Positions 1 through 9,588 of a stretch of DNA of 33,809 nt are shown piece by piece; position 1 is the first letter of the stretch; each line of letters opens with the position of its first letter. The notes under the pieces were generated by a model that saw only the letters and a list, made by a program, of their open reading frames with translations, made no database searches and was not told the origin of the DNA. The stretch comes from Candidatus Heimdallarchaeota archaeon (GTDB lineage: Archaea; Asgardarchaeota; Heimdallarchaeia; JABLTI01). Where the stretch lies: positions 1-33,809 of the forward strand of contig DXJV01000079.1 of the NCBI GenBank assembly GCA_019056785.1, in the 5' to 3' direction. A program made the position numbers and the translations under genes.

Positions 1-204
1 CTGAAGAAAGGTGATATTGTCCCGGTTGGGAAACTCCCCCCACAAATAGTTCATGGTGTTTTATCTGAGGGAATGTTTTTAGGTTCTTCAGAAGGGTTGC
101 AGAAATTTACAAAAGAAGACCTTGGGAAACGTCCGGCACTTTCAGACAAAGAACTCGGTCAGGCAAGAGGAATTCTCGAAAAGCACTATGCCTCAAAAAA
201 ATAG
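1..204 (+). CDS. C-terminal part of a tRNA-binding OB-fold (EMAP/Trbp111-like, COG2517-type) protein; 5' end outside the window
   Basis: Frame 1 reads LKKGDIVPVGKLPPQIVHGVLSEGMFLG...YASKK*, with TAG at 202-204. The LPP..GV.SEGM motif is typical of tRNA-binding OB domains. Confidence 0.75.
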   Translation: MKKGDIVPVGKLPPQIVHGVLSEGMFLGSSEGLQKFTKEDLGKRPALSDKELGQARGILEKHYASKK

Positions 205-231
205 CCGGATAAACACTTGTCAAAGCTACTA

Positions 232-945
232 CTACTGTCGAAGTTCTTGCCTAAATCCTTGAATGAGCTCCTCTGAAAGTTTCCCATGGAACCGGTCCCC
301 ATTCTCACAAACCGCGCTTCGGATACCAACAATATCCGGTTGTAACTTCTTTAAAAGGGGGATGTGTTTGCGTTGGAGTGCACCACCAAGAGCAGTGCCT
401 AAGTCAAGTTTTCTGGAATGGGTAATAAATGTTTCAAGATCTGCAAACGATAAATGATCAAACAAGGATTCTCCGGTTGTCTTATTAAACGTGTCTAGCA
501 TTGCAAAATCACTGGCAGATTCGGAAGCGACAAGTGGGATGTCTAAAGGAGCAATTGAGCCAATGGTTGTTCCTTCTGCATAGCCAGCAGCTACAACCGA
601 GACAGAGAGCTTAAATTTATCAATTGTTTTAGTAACAGCTCGCATAAGTTCAATTGCTTGTGTGACTGTTTTTGTTCCTAAGAGACCCACTTTTATAAAC
701 GAAGCACCAGCATGAGCAGCGCCTAAAGCTGCTAATGATACTGTTCCAGGTTTAAATGGAACATCACCAATTGTCGCGCTAATGGGGATTTCCGAGGGAA
801 CCACTTCCCGGATTGCCTTTATCACCCATGGAAAGTTTGCACCAAGAGAACCTTCTTGTGGATTCTTAACATCAATAATGTCTACAGCAGCTTTCACACA
901 AGTTTGTGCTTCTTCAACTGAAACGGGCGAGATAAGTAAGAGCAT
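232..945 (-). CDS. mfnB: (5-formylfuran-3-yl)methyl phosphate synthase (methanofuran biosynthesis)
   Basis: MLLLISP..VEEA...DIIDVKNPQEGSLGANFPW, SATIGD, FIKVG and AMLDT motifs of the MfnB/MJ1099 family. Confidence 0.92.
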   Translation of the reverse strand: MLLLISPVSVEEAQTCVKAAVDIIDVKNPQEGSLGANFPWVIKAIREVVPSEIPISATIGDVPFKPGTVSLAALGAAHAGASFIKVGLLGTKTVTQAIELMRAVTKTIDKFKLSVSVVAAGYAEGTTIGSIAPLDIPLVASESASDFAMLDTFNKTTGESLFDHLSFADLETFITHSRKLDLGTALGGALQRKHIPLLKKLQPDIVGIRSAVCENGDRFHGKLSEELIQGFRQELRQ

Positions 946-1009
946 GAAATAAATCCCACAAGAAATCAGCTGAAAATTACTTAATAAGAATCTTACGATT
1001 TCTCAACAA

Positions 1010-1035
1010 AAGGAAAAAAAGGGAAAAAAAGAAAG
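1010..1035 (-). terminator. Oligo-T (pyrimidine-rich) archaeal terminator candidate after trxB
   Basis: A-rich tract on the + strand (AGGAAAAAAAGGGAAAAAAAGAAAGG) just past the stop codon. Confidence 0.45.
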
Positions 1036-1047
1036 GCAACTGCCTAT

Positions 1048-1983
1048 TTAGAGATACCATTTGCCGCCATGGAGATAGAGAAAAGCGTTCATTGTAGCAG
1101 TCGTTGCTTGTCCACACGAGACAGTAAGCTGTTTTTGCCCTCCAGTGATATCCCCAGCAGCATAGATTCCAGGGATATTCGTTTGCATCTTCAGATCAAC
1201 TTTAATGTAACTATTCTCATCAGTTTCTATACCACTTTCCACAGCAAGTTCGCTATTAGGGTCATAACCTATCGATATGAAAATACCATTAACAGGCACT
1301 TCAGTAATCTCATCAGTTTTAACATTTTGAAGCTTGACAGCAGTAACTTTATGTCCATCGCCAATAATCTCTTTAACAATGGAATTCCAATAAAAGTTAA
1401 TGTTTGCCTCTTCGATTTTTTTCATATATGCTTCTTCGGCTCGCAATTTATCTCGTCGATGAACCATATAGAGTTCACCAACAATACCCGCAAGATGTAA
1501 GGCTTCAATTGCTGCTGAGTTGCCACCACCGACGATAATTACTTTCTTGTTCCGGAAAAAATGCCCGTCACAAGTGGCACACCAAGAAACACCTTTGCCG
1601 GTGTATTGTTCTTCACCTGGCACGTTAAGCTTCCGTGCACGAGAGCCGGTTGTAAAAATAATGACTTTTGCTTTTATCTTTTCTCCTGTGCTGAGAGTGA
1701 GAATTTTTTCATCCGGATCAATTGTGGTTACTTTTGTTAGCTCCCGTAATTCTGCTCCATAAAATTGACATTGGCGTTTCATTCGTTCTGTTAGATCCAT
1801 TCCTTTAATTGGCTCCAGCCCAGGGTAGTTTTCTATCAAAGGCGAAATAGCCATCGCTCCGCCCACCAGCTCTTTTTCCAGCACCAATGTTTTAAGCCCA
1901 TAACGGCCACCATATAAGCCGACTGTTAGGCCTGCTGGCCCTCCTCCAATTGCTACGATATCATATTCTTGCATTTTTATCAA
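1048..1983 (-). CDS. trxB: Thioredoxin-disulfide reductase
   Basis: GGGPAG FAD motif, redox CATCDG, GGGNSA NADPH motif, HRRD, TNIPGIYAAGD. Confidence 0.95.
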   Translation of the reverse strand: MIKMQEYDIVAIGGGPAGLTVGLYGGRYGLKTLVLEKELVGGAMAISPLIENYPGLEPIKGMDLTERMKRQCQFYGAELRELTKVTTIDPDEKILTLSTGEKIKAKVIIFTTGSRARKLNVPGEEQYTGKGVSWCATCDGHFFRNKKVIIVGGGNSAAIEALHLAGIVGELYMVHRRDKLRAEEAYMKKIEEANINFYWNSIVKEIIGDGHKVTAVKLQNVKTDEITEVPVNGIFISIGYDPNSELAVESGIETDENSYIKVDLKMQTNIPGIYAAGDITGGQKQLTVSCGQATTATMNAFLYLHGGKWYL

Positions 1984-2060
1984 CTTGACTATTGACTACC
2001 TATTTAAAACAGTTTGCTATTATTTCTTTAGAAATAGCTTGGCGTATTTTTTACTTTTTA

Positions 2061-3257
2061 TTATAGGAAGAATGGTTTGTCTCTTCTATCATTCCGGAGG
2101 TTGTGTTCGAGAAAGCGGACTAATTCTGCAGCAGAAATGTCACTCATAGTAATGAATATGTCTTTGCCAAGAACATGCTTCGATATGAGGGCCATCTCTT
2201 CTAGGCTTAGGAGAATTTCCGAGAAGAACTTTGCTTCTTGTAAGCTGGCATACTCTTCACAAAGGCTAATGAATAGGCCAGGAAGTTCTAAAAAGTCTAT
2301 AAATGCGATGCTGTTTCGTTTAAATTTCCGTGCAATGGTTAAAAGCATTAATTTTTGTCTTACCGGTAATTCGAGGATTGTTTGTTTAGAAACATGGAAA
2401 TTTGTCAGAGTTTTATTGACCATTCGTATATATTCAGGGACAATAGAAAGCGAACGTTTTTTCTGCGCTAAAATTTCGGCTTTATGAAGAAGCTCAAATG
2501 CCAGATGTAAATTTCCCTTGGAAATTAACCCAATGAACCAAATGGTTTCTTCAGCGATTTTTTTACGGATGTTTTGTTTTATTTCATCTTTCAAAAGTTG
2601 GTACAATTGTGTTGGAGTGTAAGGCTCAAAAGGGATGACATCTGTAACAATCTTTCGAAAAATCACTTGATCTAATTCTGTAAGGAACTCGAGGTCCTGG
2701 GCTACAAGTATTTGTGAGAAAAGGTTTGGTTCTTCATTCCCTTTTCCTTCCGAAAACCGCTGGAAGCCATAAATTAACGAATTAACTTCTTCTGGCTCTT
2801 TTTTTACCAAAGTATCGATATTATCAAAAATAATAATAAGTGCTTCTTTCTTTGCAAGCAAAATGTCTGCTAAAATGTACTGTAATTCCGCTGTAGTGCT
2901 TTCCGCCAAATTGGCGTAAAAAAACGGGTCAATTTGGTGGATAATTTCAAGCACAACACTTTTTGAGGAAGAATGATTCTGGCAGTCCACAGAAAGACAC
3001 CGTAAAAGGATGTTGCTCTTTGGATGGATTATTCTCTGGTTTTTAATTCGTTGCTGGAAATTTTGCAGTACAAAAGATTTTCCTGAGCCTGGAGGGCCAA
3101 TTAATATTGCACGGCTTATTGCTTCGCCGGGGTTTTTAAGTACCATCCGAAAAGAAGTCAAGAGCTCCTCAAATTCAAGAGCACGAAAACGAAATTCATC
3201 AACTGCTTTAGAGAAATGGATTTTATCGAACGATTCACTGATCATTGACGCGCACAA
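2061..3257 (-). CDS. cdc6: Divergent Orc1/Cdc6-family AAA+ protein with C-terminal winged helix (start may be ATG at 3245)
   Basis: Walker A GPPGSGKS, Walker B-like IIIFDNID, FEPYTPTQLYQLL motif, about 400 aa, C-terminal WH-like region (LP.RQKLMLL...SLCEEY...LEEMALI). Confidence 0.75.
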   Translation of the reverse strand: MCASMISESFDKIHFSKAVDEFRFRALEFEELLTSFRMVLKNPGEAISRAILIGPPGSGKSFVLQNFQQRIKNQRIIHPKSNILLRCLSVDCQNHSSSKSVVLEIIHQIDPFFYANLAESTTAELQYILADILLAKKEALIIIFDNIDTLVKKEPEEVNSLIYGFQRFSEGKGNEEPNLFSQILVAQDLEFLTELDQVIFRKIVTDVIPFEPYTPTQLYQLLKDEIKQNIRKKIAEETIWFIGLISKGNLHLAFELLHKAEILAQKKRSLSIVPEYIRMVNKTLTNFHVSKQTILELPVRQKLMLLTIARKFKRNSIAFIDFLELPGLFISLCEEYASLQEAKFFSEILLSLEEMALISKHVLGKDIFITMSDISAAELVRFLEHNLRNDRRDKPFFL

Positions 3258-3402
3258 CTTTGACTCTTTTTGGCTTTCAAAGCAGAGGGAAATTTCAGAC
3301 CTGTTCTCACTATTGCCCTGGAAGCTTCGAAAAAAAGTTCAAAGAGAGCTATAAAAATGCCACTTAAAATATGCACGAAAAAGGGGAGAAAAAAAGGCGC
3401 GA

Positions 3403-3876
3403 TTACATCTTCTTTAACTGCCAATTCGCGATTTTTTCGCTGACATCCTTGACAGTTGCTTTGATGATCTTGTCGCCCTTTTGGATCTTTTTCACAACAT
3501 CCAGGCCTGCAATTGTCTGGCCAAAAACAGTGTGTTTGCCGTTCAAATGTTTGCAGTTTCCTTCGTTTAAAACAATGAAAAATTGTGACCCGCCGGTGTT
3601 GGGACCTGCATGTGCCATGCTAAGTGCGCCAACTTTGTGAAACTGTTTGGCTGCGGAGGTTTCGCAAGGGATTCGATAGCCTGGCCCGCCAGTTCCGGTG
3701 CCGTTGGGACAGCCGCCTTGGATGACGAATTCATCGATTACACGATGGAAGGTCAAGCCATCATAAAAACCTTGTTGAATTAGGCTTACAAAATTTTTCA
3801 CAGTGTTGGGTGTTTCTTCGTCGAAGAGCTCAAGTTCAATTGTTCCTTTGCTCGTCTCGAGTATTGCAATTGTCAT
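3403..3876 (-). CDS. ppiA: Cyclophilin-type peptidyl-prolyl cis-trans isomerase
   Basis: [46 protein letters not shown]. Confidence 0.96.
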   Translation of the reverse strand: MTIAILETSKGTIELELFDEETPNTVKNFVSLIQQGFYDGLTFHRVIDEFVIQGGCPNGTGTGGPGYRIPCETSAAKQFHKVGALSMAHAGPNTGGSQFFIVLNEGNCKHLNGKHTVFGQTIAGLDVVKKIQKGDKIIKATVKDVSEKIANWQLKKM

Positions 3877-3965
3877 TAATTTTTTTCTCCAATATGTTTT
3901 TGATTAGTTCCTTGTACAAAGAATTGCTTTGTTAGATAAAACCTTTCGCTTTAGTTTTTACGATT

Positions 3966-4256
3966 TTACTCTCCAAATTTGTAAGCCTTTTTAATTGGTT
4001 CATGAATCTTCCAGACACATTTCACTCCTTTTGCAAAAGTTACCAGGTCTCCTTTCCCGAATTCTACTTTTTGTCCATCATCTAATGTGACAGTCGCTTT
4101 GCCTTCAAAGACATAAAAAGTCTCTTTGTCATGATACTCCCAGGGAAATTCGCTCACTTCCTTCTCCCAGCGACCCCAAGAGTCGATATTCAGTTTTTCC
4201 AATTCTTCTTTTGTTGGTTTTTTCACAGTTGCTTTTTCAACCATTGTTTTCACCAT
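3966..4256 (-). CDS. Small cupin-domain protein (Cupin_3/DUF861-like)
   Basis: WGRWEKEVSEFPWEY..KETFYVFEG...GKGDLVTF.KG..CVW. Confidence 0.88.
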   Translation of the reverse strand: MVKTMVEKATVKKPTKEELEKLNIDSWGRWEKEVSEFPWEYHDKETFYVFEGKATVTLDDGQKVEFGKGDLVTFAKGVKCVWKIHEPIKKAYKFGE

Positions 4257-4378
4257 GTAATTATGTTCTCCAATACTACAATAAAAGCCTTATTCAAAAT
4301 TGCTCAACTCTCAAATAGCTAACCTTTTAACTGCAATGGGATTTAATATAAATAGATATATTTCGAGGGTGAACAAGT

Positions 4379-5293
4379 ATGAAAAAATCTTGGAAAATAC
4401 TCTTGCCTGTCATTACACTTGGTTTGCTAATCGGTGCTAAGGCGGTTTCAGCTGACTATACAGTAAAAGTAGGGGACATTTTTTATTATGATATTATACG
4501 CTCAGAACAAAGTATCAGTATTGGCATCAATAGTGTCTCGAATGACACTTTTCGACTTGGGGGACATTATTTCCCCGAGGGCACAACCGTAACGCTCAAT
4601 ATCACAGAAGTTGATCCATTGGGTGTTGACTATAATATGTCTGCTGATGGCTATTCCACCATGAAAGTTATTCTCGAAACAGACAAGACAAAATTAGAGA
4701 CCTATGTCCTTCGACCTTTAACCTTACTCGAGGAAGTTTGTTTAACCTCGTGGAATCAAACAACCTTTAATAAAAAGCACTTAGGAGCATTACTCCTCCC
4801 GTTTTTAAAACCGGATAATGCCACTTGGGAGACATGGAAAGATTATGCCTATGAAATTTATAACAACGGGATCTTCTTAACAGAAACTTTTCATGGGAGT
4901 CTTACAATTGATGCTACTTACACAAATACTTCAGAAGTCTTTCTCTTCGAGTTTATAATGCAGGGACAACTATCAGACACTCTTTCAGCCACAGGGGTGC
5001 ATGCTGTAGTTGATGTTGATATTATTCATAAATATCAGTTTGCCTATGAGCCAGCTACAGGCATTATGCTTGGTATCCGCATGGAAGGCACCATTTCGGG
5101 AACAACTAATGGTACACTTCTAAATATTGAATACTCGTACCACACAGAGAAACAAGGCTACAACCTTCCCAATTATCAATTAGATAAAGCAACGTGGCCA
5201 CTAGCAGGCTATACAATTGCCATTACTTTTGCAACCATTACTTTTATTGTGGCAACTATTGTGGTTCATAAAAAATATACGAAAAGCAACTAA
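4379..5293 (+). CDS. Secreted/surface protein with signal peptide and C-terminal membrane anchor (Asgard surface-protein type)
   Basis: N-terminal signal peptide MKKSWKILLPVITLGLLIGAKAVSA; several N-x-S/T sequons; C-terminal AGY + TM helix + KK. Confidence 0.8.
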   Translation: MKKSWKILLPVITLGLLIGAKAVSADYTVKVGDIFYYDIIRSEQSISIGINSVSNDTFRLGGHYFPEGTTVTLNITEVDPLGVDYNMSADGYSTMKVILETDKTKLETYVLRPLTLLEEVCLTSWNQTTFNKKHLGALLLPFLKPDNATWETWKDYAYEIYNNGIFLTETFHGSLTIDATYTNTSEVFLFEFIMQGQLSDTLSATGVHAVVDVDIIHKYQFAYEPATGIMLGIRMEGTISGTTNGTLLNIEYSYHTEKQGYNLPNYQLDKATWPLAGYTIAITFATITFIVATIVVHKKYTKSN

Positions 5294-5402
5294 GCCTTTT
5301 CACTTTCTTTTTCTCTCTTTTCAAATCAGTTGTTAAAGTAAAAGCTAGATTAGTGCTTTCCTTGTTAGAAAAATAAAAAGACCAAAGTACTTTACTTTGG
5401 TT

Positions 5403-6152
5403 TTATCTCTTTTTTTTGAAAATGATTGCTGTTGAGACAACAACACTAAGAAAGATAACACTAAGTAGCAAACTCGGTGCCGGTAAAGGACTCGATGTAT
5501 TTGAGGGGGGAGAAACACACATATTGTCGAATTCATCCACCCAGCCATAATCTGGGCCAATGTCTTCGATTACTAGATTCAAAGCTGAATTGGCAACTCC
5601 TTGAATAACATAACCGGTTCCAAGGGGTTGTTCTCTGAAAATAGCCCCTTCAATATTGAAAGTTATTGTGTTTCCTGAAATAACAGCTAGATCGATATTC
5701 GGATCACTTGTCTCCCAAGAGTCACCGTCCCAGAAATAACTGCCTGTAATTCTTGAACCACCATCTTGTGTAAGATAATAGTGAAAAGCCCAGAGGTAAG
5801 AATTATTGAGCCATTGTCCGCTTGAATAGCGGCAGTCAAAATGCGCAATATATTCATAGACGTCTTGACTCCACGAAGAAGTGTCAGGTGAATCGTCTTC
5901 ATTGCTTGTGTCGATATAAATGTTATAAGCGCGCCAAAGATTTTGATTGCTGTCATTATAATATGGTGAGGCTGCTAACTCAATTTGTAGAGTATTTTTC
6001 GAAACAGTAACTTTTGTGATATCAGCGTATGCATTGGTAACATCTCCTGTGGGATCTGTTCGCCAGCCTGCTAAAGCAAAATGTAAATTTGTGACTATTA
6101 TCCCCAGTACTATCGTACAAACTATAAGTAGAAGGATCTTTTGTGGCTTCAT
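5403..6152 (-). CDS. Secreted/surface protein with C-terminal membrane anchor
   Basis: Signal peptide, acidic DPTGDV motif, Ser/Pro linker, C-terminal TM helix followed by KKKR. Confidence 0.8.
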   Translation of the reverse strand: MKPQKILLLIVCTIVLGIIVTNLHFALAGWRTDPTGDVTNAYADITKVTVSKNTLQIELAASPYYNDSNQNLWRAYNIYIDTSNEDDSPDTSSWSQDVYEYIAHFDCRYSSGQWLNNSYLWAFHYYLTQDGGSRITGSYFWDGDSWETSDPNIDLAVISGNTITFNIEGAIFREQPLGTGYVIQGVANSALNLVIEDIGPDYGWVDEFDNMCVSPPSNTSSPLPAPSLLLSVIFLSVVVSTAIIFKKKR

Positions 6153-6252
6153 ATGTAAATATCATTAATAATCTATAAAAAAGCTAGCTGTTAGGGCAAA
6201 AGAGTCGTTATTTAATTAAAAAAGAGAAAAAAAGAAGGAAAGATCTCAATTC

Positions 6253-7695
6253 TTACGTTGTTGAGATGAGAGGTTGATAATTCATCCATGCAACTTCGTT
6301 TAACATATATTTAAAATTCAATCGTTTTGAAGGTTGCTTTGTTATTACTACTCCAAGCTTGATAATTATCCATTCAAATGTTCCAATGAAATTAATTTGC
6401 GCCCAAAACCAGATAAGTAAGTCGTAAAATAGAATGGTGACAATTGCGAAAATAAGTACAATCCAACCACGGTCCCTAGCTGGAAACTGTTCTGAGAGGA
6501 GGTTCATAGAAGGAATTGTCCAATTGAAAATTGCACGAGGAACAAAGGACCAAATCTGTAAAGCAAAGATTGTCAAAGCTACCATCCCCCAAGTTCGGAA
6601 ATATTTCACAACAATATTATTGGCAAAGCGCTCTCCCTTCCCACGCCAATCGATCAAGTAAAAGAGAAGGACGATAGTCCCCACTTGCCCAGCCATAAGG
6701 AAGAAAAAGAAACCCATCGTTGGTCGTTCGAACGAAATGTCAAAAGGTAATAACCAAGCACAGAGACCACCAGCGATGAGAAGCGCAAGAAACAGACCAA
6801 ACCCCATCCAGGGAAGTCTGCGATGTGGTTTGGGGTGTGCTGTAGCAACACCCATAATCGCTCTGAGTAAGGACTGTCCGAGATAAGGGAAGAGAGGATA
6901 ACAATCGCCTGCAATGATCGTCATAAGCCATGACAGAAAGCTGTGATTGTAGGCTTGTAGTTGGTCGCTTGGCCAGGAATAGTGATAGTCGCCTGGGCTT
7001 GTGCCAGGTACGGGTTTCCAGATGCTCCAGTTATCAACAAAATGCCAGATAACCAGAGAAAGAATAAAGATAAGGAGTGTTAAAACGCCTAATATAATTA
7101 AATTTCTGGTGAATTTTTGAACTCCATCCCGCTGGTAGAGAAAGTACTGAATAATCGCTGTGAGGATCATACACCAACCGATAATTTGCAATGCTTCCAT
7201 AAGAAAGAAGCGTTGCCATAAAGCAGCAACATTTGCAGGGTCAGTCCAAGTAGCAGCTTGAAAGAAATTACCCGAGGAGATGACGCTGCCAAAGTACCCA
7301 TAATAACCAAACGATTCTGTGACAACACCAGCAAGGAGAATGCCGAAACCCGTGACGATCTGCTTAGCAAACAATTTGCCGGGAGGGAACCCTGCAAGCA
7401 CTTTTTTTGTGGTGGCATAGGCATTTACTATTGCAGAAATAATAATGAAATAACCGATCTAATTACCGAAATAGCCCGAAAAGGCAAAAAAAGCAGAGTT
7501 AATGAAAGTATAGGGAGGGACTCCTGAGAAAAGCTGCCCTGCAGCTACACTGCTATAATCAATCATATGATTAAAAACATGCAAAAAAACCATCATCCAG
7601 ATTGCGAGTCCTCGTTGGAAGTCCAATGATGCTAACCGTTTGATCTTAGATGGATACTCTGGTAGTTTCTCTTCTCTAATTGGTAATTCATTCAA
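6253..7695 (-). pseudogene. Polytopic membrane protein of the acyltransferase/heparan-alpha-glucosaminide N-acetyltransferase-like (DUF1624) type, interrupted by one in-frame TAG at 7459-7461
   Basis: N-terminal RLASLDFQRGLAIWMMVFLH motif; ORFs 7459..7695 and 6253..7401 are in the same frame and joined by 19 sense codons (GN*IGYFIIISAIVNAYATTKKV); later EALQIIG and YPLFPYLG motifs. Confidence 0.7.
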
Positions 7696-7908
7696 GTTCT
7701 ATACACCTTGATTTTGCAGTTTTATAAGAATAAATTGAGTATGAATAAAATTGGGAAATAATGTTTTTTTGGTTAATAAACACCTTTGCGTAATCTTCAC
7801 ATTGGAGTAAGTCATTAATTGTGTCATTTAATTAACTTTATATAAATTGCTTACTCAATGTTGAATAGATATTGTTTCATGTTTAGAAAGATTTCAGGTA
7901 GTGAAAAA

Positions 7909-8382
7909 ATGACTCAAATTCATGTTGTTCAAACCCGCCCTGTTGCTTCACCCAAAAGTAGAACTGTCGCGTTACTCTTATGTTTGTTTCTAGGTGTTCT
8001 AGGCATTCACCGTTTCTATGTTGATAAGATTGGTACGGGCTTACTCTACTTATGTACCTATGGTTTATTTGTTATTGGCCCGTTTGTTGATTTGATATTA
8101 ATACTAACAGGTAGCTTTACGGATGGTCAAGGTTTACCTGTAACTGATTGGGATGGTGCAAAACCTGAAGCAGTTACGACGACTGTTACAACCGTCCAAC
8201 AACCTTATCAACAGACTGTCAGCCCCCCTCCATCTCAAGGAATGGGGATGCCACCACAACAATTAGCCACCTCTGATCCCTTTGCAGGGGTAAAAAAGAA
8301 TCATAAGATTTGCACTCTTTGTGGTTCAGTAAATGAACTTGATGCTGTCTTTTGTGCAAGTTGTGGTTCAAAATTGGAGTAG
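7909..8382 (+). CDS. TM2-domain membrane protein with C-terminal zinc ribbon (start probably ATG 7909; ORF track gives 7858)
   Basis: SPKSRTVALLLCLFLGVLGIHRFYV.K.GTG TM2 signature; Q/P-rich linker; CTLCG...FCASCG. Confidence 0.88.
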   Translation: MTQIHVVQTRPVASPKSRTVALLLCLFLGVLGIHRFYVDKIGTGLLYLCTYGLFVIGPFVDLILILTGSFTDGQGLPVTDWDGAKPEAVTTTVTTVQQPYQQTVSPPPSQGMGMPPQQLATSDPFAGVKKNHKICTLCGSVNELDAVFCASCGSKLE

Positions 8383-8581
8383 CCTAAAAGAAAAGCTCTT
8401 TTAGCCTCCATCAATTTTTTCTCTTTTTGTAGCTTCTTATCAGATGCAAAAAGCTAATATTTTATTTTTTCTTTATTTTGAGAGTAAAAAACAAGTTAAT
8501 TGAAATTTCAATGACAATTGGCTTTTCCAGTTGTCAAGAAGCCAAATTTTTGCCTTAGAAAGCAAAAAGGAGGAATAGTAA

Positions 8582-9031
8582 TTGTCAGATTATACTGTAA
8601 TTATTGATCATGGCCTTTGTAACCTTTGTGAAGATTGTGTAGAAGTCTGCCCAGAAAAAGTCTTGGAGTATAACCGGTCTGAGGAGAAAATCCACGCTAT
8701 AAGAATAGACGATTGCAATAATTGTGGAGCGTGCGTAGAAGCTTGCTTTCTAGCAGCCATTGATGTTGTGAAATCGCCTGAAAAAACAAGAGAAGAATTC
8801 ATTGAAAGTTTAGATTTAACTGAACAAAGGGCCAATACCCTTGATGAATTACTCGAGAAATATGGGCATCCGGATGCAGATAAAACAGCCATTCCGATAG
8901 AAGAAGTATTAACACTCCTACAATTTGAGACAACTGAAGAATTAGATGATTGGCTTCTTGACAATTATGATAAAACAGCTTATTTCAGTGGTAAAGAATT
9001 GATTATTTTAAACTCATTACCAGAGCTATAA
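8582..9031 (+). CDS. 2x[4Fe-4S] ferredoxin with C-terminal extra domain
   Basis: CNLCEDCVEVCP and CNNCGACVEACF motifs; GGAGG ribosome-binding site upstream of the TTG start. Confidence 0.88.
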   Translation: MSDYTVIIDHGLCNLCEDCVEVCPEKVLEYNRSEEKIHAIRIDDCNNCGACVEACFLAAIDVVKSPEKTREEFIESLDLTEQRANTLDELLEKYGHPDADKTAIPIEEVLTLLQFETTEELDDWLLDNYDKTAYFSGKELIILNSLPEL

Positions 9032-9168
9032 CTTTTTTTTTCAAGCAAAAATCACTTTTCAAGTACAAAATCGGTGAATTATACAATCCCACACTTACCT
9101 TTGTTAAACCTTTAGCAAGAAAAGGTTTCAATTAAAAAAAGAGAAAAAACAGAGAAAGAGGTAGTTCC

Positions 9169-9588
9169 TTAATCTTTTTCCAGTAATCCTTGGAAAAGGT
9201 CGTGGTGTTCTTCCTCATCTGTAAGGATTTGATTGAACATATGGGCTGTTGTTTCATCTTCCTCTGCACGTGCTTTCTTTATGATTTGTTTGTAAAATGC
9301 AATTGTTTCTTCTTCAGCTTTCAAGTCATTTGTGAGCATTGCCTGAAGGTTTTCTCCGACGGTAATGACAGCTGGTTTTGTTGTCGGTTGTTCACCCAGA
9401 TAAGTCAACCGTTCTGCGATCATTTCAGCATGTTTCATTTCTTCAATGGCAATCTCTTTAAAAGCATCTTTAACTGAAAAATGCGTTGGCCCACGCCAGA
9501 GTACATGTTGCCACATATATTGTATAGAGACTTGTAATTCCATAGCAATTGCTTTATTCAACATATTGAGTAATTCTTTAGAAGCCAT
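9169..9588 (-). CDS. Ferritin-like/bacterioferritin-family di-iron protein
   Basis: ELQVSIQY, EEMKHAE.IAERL, AEEETI..Y and DEEEH ferroxidase ligands. Confidence 0.9.
   Translation of the reverse strand: MASKELLNMLNKAIAMELQVSIQYMWQHVLWRGPTHFSVKDAFKEIAIEEMKHAEMIAERLTYLGEQPTTKPAVITVGENLQAMLTNDLKAEEETIAFYKQIIKKARAEEDETTAHMFNQILTDEEEHHDLFQGLLEKD

Noticed and set aside
3258-3402. Possible replication origin (ORB) beside the cdc6-like gene; GAAAAAGGGG resembles an ORB G-string
   Set aside because: There is no TTCCA..GGAAA core and no repeated copies. The tract is better explained as the T-rich terminator of the cyclophilin gene on the minus strand.
7459-7461. Genome-wide TAG recoding
   Set aside because: TAG terminates conserved genes at their expected ends in this window (mfnB, atpF, pyrH).
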